A stretch of 49,822 bases of DNA, taken from a virus. Taxonomy: Duplodnaviria; Caudoviricetes. The stretch spans positions 1 to 49,822 of the IMG/VR virus record IMGVR_UViG_3300020409_000027; one strand, 5' to 3'. Under the pieces are notes generated by a model. The model was not told where the DNA came from, did no database searches, and saw only the letters and a list, made by a program, of their open reading frames with translations. The position numbers were made by a program, and so were the translations under genes. Below are positions 37,201 through 49,200 of the stretch, piece by piece. How positions within the stretch are numbered: the stretch's first letter is position 1; each line of letters starts with the position of its first letter.

Positions 37201-40200
37201 CAAGTAACGCAGGTAAGACATTCGATTTCCAATTATTAAATGAACCAGAAAAAACAACTGGTCCTGTTGGTAATGATGAATTTGGTAATGCTCGTTCTAC
37301 TTACTCAACGACATCCATTAAAGCCATCGGACCTATTTCCACTATTAAACTGGTAAACCCAGGTGGATTCTATCAGAAACTACCTATTGTTACTGATATT
37401 GCTTCTAACAGAGAAATTGAGAAGGTTAGAATCACAAATGGTGGTACTGAATATGTAAACGGTGTTTATTATAATGTTCCTATCGAAGGAGACGGTGAAG
37501 GTGCTACTTGTAACATTACAGTTACTGATGACGGAGACTTTGAAGGTGTTATCACTGATGTTACTCTAACCTCAGCAGGTAAAGGTTATAAGACTGCTGC
37601 TATTGATGTAGATGCTATACCAGGTATCCTAGGACCTCTTCTTGCAGGTTCTGGTGCTGTATTAGATGTTGTGATTCCTGATGAAGGATCAGGTGCATCT
37701 GTGTTCTTACAAGGTAAGTCAATCGGTAAGATCAAGAAACTTAAGAACAATGAATTTGGTTTCGGTTATTCTCACGATTACACACTAAAACCTGAAATAA
37801 CATTCCCTGTGAACCTTCAGCTGTTTAATACCGCTTTACTAGCACAAATTAAGATAACTGATCCAGGTTCTGGTTATACATCAACACCTGCTGTTGTAAT
37901 CGAAGGTGGTGGTGGATCAGGTGCTTCTGCTGAAGCGATTGTTAAGAACAATAGACTTTCTGAGATCATTATTAAAGATCCAGGTGCAGGATACAGTTCT
38001 GAACCAACAGTTACACTTAAATCAGAATTTAACTACGTTGTTAACGTTGATTTAGGATATCTACAGTTTAACTTCCCACACGGTATTACAAGTGGAGCAG
38101 AAGTACAGTTAAGAGCAGAGGATCTTGGATCAACCATAGGTATTCTTCCAAAACCTAGTTCAGCAGGTTTGGTCAGTCTATCTTCTTCTCAGACTTACTA
38201 TGCTATTGCAGGTCAAGCAAATGGTCTTGAATCTGACCAGTTACGTATCTCTCTAACACAATTAGATGCTGAATCTGGTTCTTATATCACATTCTTGACA
38301 CAAGGTGAAGGTAGACAGGTACTTCTAACTGAAGTATTTGGTGGTCAAGCAACTGCTATCGTTGAAACTTCCAGATTCCTTGCAGGTGAACTTGTTTATC
38401 AAGGTTCATCTCTTGAACTTGCATCTGCTACTGGTTATGTTTCTACTAACGAAGGTTGGCAAATCGGACCTAGAATCCTTAAACTTGAGAACTATGATGG
38501 TGTATGGACTTCTGGTGAACGTGTAACTGGTGAAGTTTCTCGTGCATCTGGTTTGATTGATAATCTTTCTATTGCAAGAGGTACACTTGAAATTGCATCT
38601 CTAACCAATACACCAGGTCAATTTATTGATGACGTTGGTAAACCTTCTGAAATTGTTCAGAAAATTCAAGATAGTTACTTCTATCAGAACTTCTCTTACG
38701 TTATTAAGTCTCAGACACCTATCAACCAGTGGAGAAAACCAGTTCTTGAAACAAACCACCCTGTTGGATTCAACCTATTTGGTGAACTAGCAATTACTGG
38801 TGGTAAGGATATTTCTGGAAGAAAGGTTGTATCTGACCTTGTTAAAGAAGTTAATATCAATAGTTTCACTAATATTAACGAAATTACATCATTTGCTAAC
38901 GCACAACCCATTTATACTCAGTTTAATAATACTGAGGTGTTATTCAGACAGAAAAGACTTACTAACTCAGAGGAAATCTTAACCTCTATTGTTAAGAAGT
39001 TGGATGACATTTCTGATGATTTTGATGGACTTAGAACTCAATTCCCTCTTAATGTAGAAGGAGATAGCATTACAGCAGCAGATAATCAGATGTTTATCTT
39101 GATGAATGGTGTTGCACAGGCTCCTAGCGTAGCATTCTCAACATCAGGACCTTCTGTTGTCTTTACTGAAGCACCTAAAGCACCTTCTAGGATTAAGTTT
39201 AGAAAGGTTACTCTAGCACAGAAAATAATTACAAGACTAACATTTAGTAGTATCGGTGGTATATTCCCATTACTAGGCAATACTGTTCGTGGTCTAGTTT
39301 CTGAAGCAACTGCAACTGTAATTGACTCTGGTACTGATTACATTGACGTTATTGATATGCAAGGAACGTTCCAAATCAATGAAAACGTTCTTAATAGTGC
39401 TACAGGATTTAACTCTGTTCTTAGTGATGTTTCTCCTCAAACTTCTAAGACTATCTACGAACAAGGTGAGAGAATTACTAACTTACAAGGTAAATTCGCT
39501 ATTATTGAAGAAAACAACCTAGATGAAGGTGTTGTTACTAATTTACTTGTTGTTTCTCGTACTTCTGGTACTGCTGCGTATGAAACTGGAGAATTTGAAC
39601 TAGGATTTAACGATGTAATCTATTCTGCACGTTCTAGGATTGCAGCAACAGTTATTAGTATAGAACCTTATCAGGACGATATATCCAATCAAGTTATTGA
39701 TACTGTTGATCTATCTCCTTCATCTTCCTTCTTTGGTCTTGTATTCCAGAGAGTTCCTTCAATTACCTTCCCGAACGTTATCCTTGATAACATTTCAGAG
39801 ACAGTTATTAACCCAACTGAACTCTACAGCGATACAGTTAATAACCAAGACTTCCTAGACTTTGAAAATGTACGTAACCAAGAGGTTAGACTATACAACC
39901 AATCTGGTACTGCATTCGTTGCTGGTGATAAATTACGTCTGAAGAAACTATACTTCGGTAACTCTTCTATGAGAAGGGTTCCTGATGTACGTACCTTTAA
40001 CGCTGCTGAAGCATTAACACGTAATGCAAGATTTATTGCTGAAGAATCCGTGGGAGCAATGTTGGCTTTCTACCCCTCCTTTAGCATTCAAACTGGAAGA
40101 AACGCAGATTGTGAAGATGATATCGTAGATGCTCTTAATATGATGGCGTGGCAGTTGGAGTTTGATGGTAACTCTGAAGTATTTGATATTGCTAATACTT

Positions 40201-43200
40201 ACGTTCAAGGTGGTGGTGTATATCACGTAGATGGTGAAGTACCTCAAACTGTATACGCAATGGAATATGCACGAGATCTAGCGATCAAGTGTATTAATAT
40301 GGTCACTATCAATACAACATACACTACATTACAACAATGGAAAGATTTAACTGTTACTGGTGAGTTCCAAGTTATTGATAATGCTCACGGTGATGCTAGA
40401 ACTCTAATTCTTGCTAACAAATGGTATATCGCTCACGAAGCATTGTACTATGCTAAACAACAGAATCCTGGTTATACAGTATCTGGTGGAGATGAGCATT
40501 GTCTATCTGATATTGTTGATGTTCTTGAAGCATTAGGATATAACCTTGCTCACGGTGGTAATGACTTTGTATATGAAGCGACTGATCGTATTCTTCACTA
40601 TGGTGTTACTTCTGGAGACAGAGATACTATTGTAAATGCAATGACTAAAGCAAGAGATATGGCAATCTCTGCTATGAGAAACGTTGTTGTTGCAAAACAA
40701 GATTCTTCACACGGTTGGACACAAATTACTGATGCAACTCTAACTGCATCAACTGAATCTCCACTTTGTGCAACAGTTGAAGCATCAATAACCACGTTGA
40801 TGGGATTACTGATTAATGCCCTTGGTACTACTGCATCACCTGGCACAAGAGAAGCATTCTTAGCTGGTCAAACTAGAACTATACCAAGCACTCCATTACT
40901 ATCAGTTCCTGATCCAAATGCTTGTGTAAACCAGACATCTGCTATTACTAACTTCTTCAGAATTATTACTGATACATTACAGGATCCTACAGGTGCTGAT
41001 AAAGTAACTTATCCTTGGTCAACATCTAATCTACAAAGAGTTGCACCTCCATATTCATTTACTGATTCTGAAACTCTTAAATCTATTAAACACGCTTATA
41101 AAGATAAGTCTTCTGGTGGATTCTTCGTCTTTGGTGAAACTGTTAGAGGTATAACATCTGGAAATACTGCTGAGATAATCGGTTCTAATGCAGGTAATAA
41201 GTGGATCTATACTAAGAACCCAACTGGTGCATTTACTGCTGGTGAGTTTATTAGTAATACAAAATTAGTTAATACTAATGTAGTTGTAGATAACTTAGAT
41301 TATGCTGTAGGAACTGGATCTCTTGAATTTAATGGTAGTGCATATCTAACATATCCATCTACAGATAAGGTTGCTTTTGGTGATGGATCTATTGCTGATG
41401 GTAACTTTACTATTGAAGTATGGGTTAAACCAACTGCTGTTAATACTAACCAAGTTATTCTTGATTTTAGAACTGCTGCTGGTTCTACATCTGAAGGATA
41501 TTTGATTATTGTTAACGATACTGTTCGTTGGAACACAGGTAACGTTGACAGAATAACATCATCTGGTGGTTTACAAGCAAATACTTGGACACATATCGCT
41601 GTGACACGTAACTCTGGTTTGACTAGACTATTTGTCGGTGGTCAGAAAGAAGGTGTTGATTATACAGATACTACAAACTATGGCAATATGCCAGTTAAGA
41701 TTGGTGCTAACGTTGCTAACTCTTTGACATTTACTGGTCATATGGAAAACTTGATGATCAAGTTAGGTATTTCCGAGTACAGTTCTGACTTTACACCAAG
41801 TGCAACATATGATTCTACAGACCTACGTCTAACATTTGGATTTGATGGTGAAGCACCTATTCCTATTATTAAGGGTGAAATTTATGCTACATTCCAACAG
41901 ACTATAACTTCTACTGCTACTGCTGATGGTGTAGAACTATGGCGAGATGAGATTATGACTGAAGAGATTGATCTTGCTCGTGATGACTATAGAGATTGTG
42001 CAGATATAATTGACAAGAACAAATACTGGATTGCTGAAGAAGCGATCGGTAGAATGAAGGCAAAGTATCCTGACTTTGTGATACCTGGTGATACTGGTAT
42101 ATCAGATCAAGGTACACAGACTTGTTTAAGAGATACTTACGAATACATTATACCTGCTATTGTTGCTGACCTTAGATACGGTGGTAACTTTAACACTATT
42201 GTTGCAGGTAGAGGATATCTTGCTAACCAACAGGGTCAATTAGCACACGTTAACGGAGAATTACTTCAGTCCATTTATGCTTGGAGAGAAGTTGGTAAAC
42301 TCTGTAATACTGTTATTACTGCTAATGCTGATGACCTAACTGGTACATATACAACTCGTGTCAGAGTTCCTAATTATTTCGCATCACCAGCTTCTAGTGC
42401 GATCACAACTTATATCACTGATATAATGGATGATCTTCTCGATGTTCTAGGTCCTACAGGTCACAGATACAGAGACGGTGCTGATTTACTTTACTTCAAC
42501 CGTAAGTGTATCGCTGAAGAAACAGTGATGTGGTTGGAAGAAAAATACAACATCCTTATTGGGTTTAATACCGCAGATAAACTTACTATACCTGGTGGAT
42601 CTGTAGGTACCGCTAAATGTATTCGTGACTTGAGAGACCACATTATACCTGCGATCTCAGGAGATTTACTTACTGGTGGTAATGCTAATATTCAAGGAAT
42701 CATTGATTCTTACTTAGACGCACAAAATAATATTTCTTATGTTGAAGCAGAACTTCTACCAATGCTTGATGCTATTGGTTATGCTAAGTGGTTGATGGAG
42801 AAAGCACTACAAAACTTACTTGTAGGTAGAGCTGAAAACATCGCTAATCTTACAGGTACAACACCTGACACTTTAGATGACTTCTTCCAGTTACAGTATA
42901 CAGATATTCCTGTATTCCGTAAGGAAGTTGCTACTGATGATAACTTTGCAGAGCAACCTCTTGATCCTCAGATATATGCAGGTACACAGCGTGCTTTAGA
43001 TGCTGCTGATATGATTGATAGAAATAAGAGAGCAATCGCTGAAGAAGCAGTTGATCTTACAATCAAGACGGAAGCATTCAAACATTATGGATTCAGAGTT
43101 CCTGGTGGAAAGGTTAACTGTGAGGATGATATTGTTGATATTTTAGAAGCGGTTGTTCACGATCTTAGATTTGCTTCAAACTCTTCAGTATATGATGCAG

Positions 43201-46200
43201 GTCTTCTATACCTTAATGCTGAGAATGGATTGAAGCACGTTACAGATCAACCTGCTGAAACACTCTTCGCTATGAAGATGGCAAGAGATATGACAGTCCT
43301 CGCGATCCAGAACCGTCTTGGGTTTAAACCCTACCCAACATATCCTGAAGAAACTGCTGGTGGTGGAGATGGAAACTTCGCTGGTGGTGGTGTTGTAGAA
43401 CCACGTGACACTTACTACGAAAACGCTTCTGGTAACAAGGCATATAACGCTGCTGATGAAATTAGAAATAATATTAGATTTATTGCTACTACTGCTGTTG
43501 GTCGTGCTGTTTCTCAGTACCCTTCACTAGCATTTGGTGGATATGGTTATCAGTCTTGTGTTGATGATGTAGTTGATGTTCTTGAAGCATTAGTATTCAA
43601 CTTGTCACACGGTGGTAATAACAAGATGTGGTATGCCACTGAATTCTATATTACTGATAATAATGCTATTCAACATATCAGTCAGCAAGCAACTGAAGTT
43701 AAGTATGTGTTTGAACAAGCAAGAGATATTGCAATTCAAGTAATGAGACAACAGTTGATCACTACTAACGGTTATACCGAAGGTGATGCGATCTACGATC
43801 TTGACATCACTATCGATCAACAGAGTGGAACTGCTAAACATACACCTTCTAATGCTGTATACAATCCTAATACTGGAGATTTAGTTCTTACTATCACTGG
43901 TTCTCATTCAATGACTACCAATGATACTCTTAGAATAGACACTGATTCTTTAACATTCACTTGTGATCAAGATGATCATCAAACTCTACACACATATCCA
44001 AGAGCAACTGACCCTGCTGCGTTAGCAATTCTTCCTATTACTGCTGTAAGTGGACAGGATATTACAGTTAATGTTGGTATAACTCAGAGAATTAACTTTG
44101 ATGCTAAGGATTCTACTTACGATCCTGAGACAGGTTTATTAACTCTTGATATTGGATCTCATAGTCTAAGGGTTGGACAATCACTTAAAATTCTTCAAGA
44201 TGAATTACAGTATCGTTGTTCACAGGATAATTACAGAACTATTCATAAGTATCCTCGTATTACCGATCCAGTAATTGATAAAGCGATTGATATTGAAGCT
44301 GTTGGAACTACATTCCATACTGCTACATTTGCTTCTTGGAGACCTGATAGTGCTTTCTTAACTATTACGATTCCTAACCACGGATTCAAGAATGGTGACA
44401 GAGTTAGAATTGTTAATAATTCTATGACATTCACTTGCTCAATGGATCAACATTACAGCAAGAAAACTTATCCAAGACTCTCTGATGCTGCAAGTGGATT
44501 ATTCCTACCAATTTCTAACGTAACTAGAAACACATTAGATGTGAACATTGGTAAGAGTCCTATCAAATACTTCACACCTTCTCAGGCAAACTACAACCCA
44601 ACTACAGGTTCACTAGAACTTATCCTTGGTAATCACGGTTTAACTGCTGGAACACATATTAAGATTGCAGATAATTCTCTTACATTCACTTGTAAGGAAG
44701 ATGATGATGCTACCTTCCACACATATCCAAGAACACAGACTGTAAGTGTTACTCCTACAAATGCATCTTACAATCCTGTTAATGGTCACCTAACAGTTAC
44801 TGTTGCTAATCACAACTTTAAGGTTGGTGAGTTTGTTAAGGTTGCTGAAAATGGAATCGTGATGACTTGTGATATGGACGGAAATGCTTCTGAGCATCCA
44901 TATCCACGTAAGAAGGATCCAGCATATGATTCTTGGATGGAAATTAAAGCAATATCTACAAATACATTTACATTCAAGGTTGGAGAATCTCCTCAAGTAA
45001 GTTTCACACCGACAGATGCGGTTTACACCCCTACTACTGGTGATATGAAACTCACTATTGGTACTCATAATCTACAAGCTGGTACAGCATTGAAGATTGA
45101 TGAAGGTGGTATCGTATTCACTTGTTCTCAAGATAATCACGCTACAGAGCATCCATATCCACGTAATACTATTCTTACTGCTCCTAATATTTCTAACGCT
45201 GCATATGATCCAGCTGCTGGTGTATTGACAGTAACAACTGCTGCTGCTCACGGATTCTCAGATGGAGATAAAGTTAGATTCGATGATAATGCTATTACAT
45301 TCACTTGTACAATGGATAGTAATGGATCTAATCATCCATATCCAAGATCAACTGACCCTGCATCTGGCAAGTGGTTAGAGGTTGATGTAATTAGCACAAC
45401 TCAATTTACTTGTAACGTAGGTAAGACACCTAGTGTTGTATTCGATCCTTCAATGGTCGTTTATGATCCTTCTACAGGTATTATGGTTATGACTCTTGGA
45501 GAGAATCATAATTTAACAGTTGGTACATCTGTAAGAATCGCTAATAATTCAATTACATTTAAGTGTGCTCAAGATAACTATGCTACTGATCACTCTTATC
45601 CTCGTTCTACTGACCCATTCTATGATACTGCTTGCCCAATTACTGCTGTTACTGACACCACAATTTCAGTACAAGTTCTAAGCACAGTTCCATCTACAAA
45701 CGTAACTGCTCATACTTGGCAACCACCTGTTAAGATGACACCAACTAATGCAACTTATAACCCAACTACAGGTGTTATGGTTGTGACTATTAATGATCAC
45801 GGTTTAATGAACGGTGAGCACATCAGAATCGATGAGAATGCTTTCACCTTCACTTGTGGTCAAGATGGTGATTCTACAAACCACGCATATCCAAGAGCAA
45901 CTGATCCTGCATATCATCAGTTCTTACCAGTTTCTAACGTAACACAGAACACATTTGAAGTTACTGTTCTTGCTGAAACTCCTTCTACTAATACTACAAC
46001 ACATAACTTTGTAAGTGCTGTATCAAATAGTATTACTAGAGGTGTCGTAAGAAGTGGTGGTATTTACACTCACTCATTTGTAAGTGCTGTTGCTGGTTCT
46101 ATGTCTTATAAGAAAGACCAAGCATTTGATTCTTCAGTCAGAATTAAGCACGAAGGTACTCCTCTAACTCCAACAGGTGCTGTTTATAGTGGAACTACTG

Positions 46201-49200
46201 GTGTTTGTACGATCACTAGCAACAATCACGAATTGATTAATGGTGATTATGTCAAACTCAGAGATGGTGCATTGACATTCACTTGCTTAGAAGATTCTAA
46301 TGCTACTAATCATCCTTATCCAAGAGCAACTGATCTAGCACATAATAAGTGGTTGAAAGTATCTAACGTCACTACAAATACTTTTGATATTCAAGTTCTA
46401 TTTGCAATTCCATCTACAAACACAACTGCTCATACATTTGTAAGTGCTTTGACTGATGGAATAGTTAAGAAAGACGATACTATTACTGTTAATGTTGGTT
46501 CAACTACTGCTGGTAATTATGATCACAAGTTTGTAAGAGCAGAACCTGCTGCAATCAAGACTGGTGGTAATTACAATCATACATTTAAGTCAGCGTTACC
46601 ATATTCAATTACTAAATCTAAAGATCCTTCATACAGTAACGTACTAGAAATCTCTAGTGCAACTTCAACTTCAATTACAGTTGATGTTCTACCTGTAGTA
46701 CCTTCTACTAATGAAACTCAGCATACATTTATATCTGCTGCTAATAATGCTATTACAACTGGTGGTCAATACGTTCACAAGTTTGTTGAAGCAATTCCTG
46801 ATGGTATTGAACTAGAATCTGGATCTATTACTGTTAATGTTGGTACAACACCTGCTGTATTCTACAGTGTTGGTGATGCCATTTATGATGGTGCAACTGG
46901 TGATATGCAACTTAAAGTTGGTGCACACGAACTTCTTGAAGGTACAAGTATTAAGATTCACGATGAAGCATTGACATTTACTTGTGATATGGATGATCAC
47001 GCTTCTGAGCACGTTTATCCACGTTTAACTGATCCTGCAAGAAACACTGCACTGGTAATGAAGGAAGCAGGTTCTACTTCTCATACTATTACTAATGCAG
47101 TATATGACACCGCAACAGGTAATTTAACTTCTACTATTACAGGTCACGGAATGAAAGCACCTCGTGTTCTTTCACCAACCTTTGCTAAGTTTGATCCAAC
47201 AACAGGTGATATGGAACTTTACGTTGCCAATCACGGTATTGCTGATGGAGAAAGTATCAAACTTGCTGATGGTGCTGTTACATTCAGATGTGCTAAAGAC
47301 CAATTTAGTTCAACTCACCCATATCCAAGATCATCAGATCCTGCATCTGATCAATATCTAATTGTTAAGCACGCTTCTCAAAATAGATTCACAGTTAACG
47401 TTGGTACTGGAGAAACTGGTGGTGCTATTTCTGATCAGAGTGAGCATAGATTCCAAGCATCAGTTCCTAATAGTATTACTGTTGCAGGTGATATGGTTAA
47501 GTTTGATCTTAATTCAATTACATTTACCTGTGCTAAAGATAGTAATGCAACTAATCATTCTTATCCAAGAGAAGATGATCCTATTGCAGGTCATTGGATT
47601 CCAGTTACAGGAGTAACTACTGACACATTTACTGTTAACGTTGGTCTACCTACACCAGCTGGAAATCACACTCACGCTTTTGTAAGTGCAACTTCAGGTG
47701 GATTGAAGAAACAAACTGGTTATATCACTGTTAATGTTGGTGCAACACCTTCTGTTGGATACGATGTTTCTACTGCAAACTTCAATCCAATCACAGGTAT
47801 TATGACACTTGATGTTGGTAATCACTACTTCAGTAGATTTGACAACATTAGAGTACAACCTGAGTCACTTGTATTCACTTGTGGTTTAGATAGTAACCAA
47901 ACTAATCACCCATATCCTCGTTCCACTCTCATCGAATCTACTCCTAGTGATGTAGATTACAATCCTTCTACTGGATACTTAACTCTTACACAGAACAATC
48001 ACGGATTCTCTAATGGTGATTTTGTAAGATTTAAGGAAAACGCATTCACATTTACTTGTGATATGAACGGTAACGCTGATAATCATTCATATCCTCGTAC
48101 AACTGATCCTGTTTACGACAAGTGGGTTCAAGTTGAAAGTGTTCAAGCAAATGAATTTAAGGTATTCGTAGGTAAGACACCTACTACTGGATTTGAACCA
48201 TACGCTGTAGATTACAATCCTAATACTGGATTGATGAAGTTGACTATTGGTGAGCATAAGTTCACTACAAGTCAAAGCATTCGCATCGCTGCGATGTCAT
48301 TGAACTTCCGTTGTGATCAAGATGGTCAAGCTACAGATCACTTCTATCCAAGATCTACTGATCCTCTATATCAAACTTCAGTACCTATTACTGCTGTTGA
48401 TGATACAAGTATCACTGTACAAACTCTTGCATCTGTACCTTCAACTAATATTACTAATCACGTCTGGCAACCTCAAGTAGGTATTACTCCTACAGGTATC
48501 GATTATGATCCTGTGACTGGAATGATGACAGTTACATCTAATAATCACGGATATAACGAAGGTGATATGGTTAAGTTTGCTGAAGAAGGTATTGTATTTA
48601 CTTGTGATAAAGATAGTCACGCTACTGATCACCCATATCCACGTAAGACTGATCCAGCTTGGGATACTTGGTTACCTATTGAAACTGTAACTCAAAATAC
48701 TTTCAGAGTTAAAGTTCTTGAGAATACACCTTCTACAAATATTTCTACTCACTTATTCAAGTCTGCAACTGCTAATTGTATAACAAGAGCAACTGTTAGA
48801 GGTGGTGGTATTTACAACCACACTACTGTATCCATTCTTGCTAATGGTATGCAGCATAAGAGAGATCCATTCTATCAAAATGGAATCAATATTGATCAGG
48901 TTGAAGAGACACATCATACAGTAACTGATGCTCAGTATAATCCTAATAGCGGTGTGATGACACTTAGAATACCTAATCATAACTTCACTGCTTCTACATC
49001 TCATACTGTAACTGATGCTCTCTATACACCTGCTGACAGTATGTTGAGATTGACTGTTGCAGGTCACGGATTTAAGGAAGGTGACAGAATTAGAATTGCT
49101 GATAATTCTATCGTATTCACCTGTGATCAAGATTCTAATGCTACTAATCATTCTTATCCAAGATCTACTGACCCTGCTAGTGGTGCTTGGTTAGTTGCAA

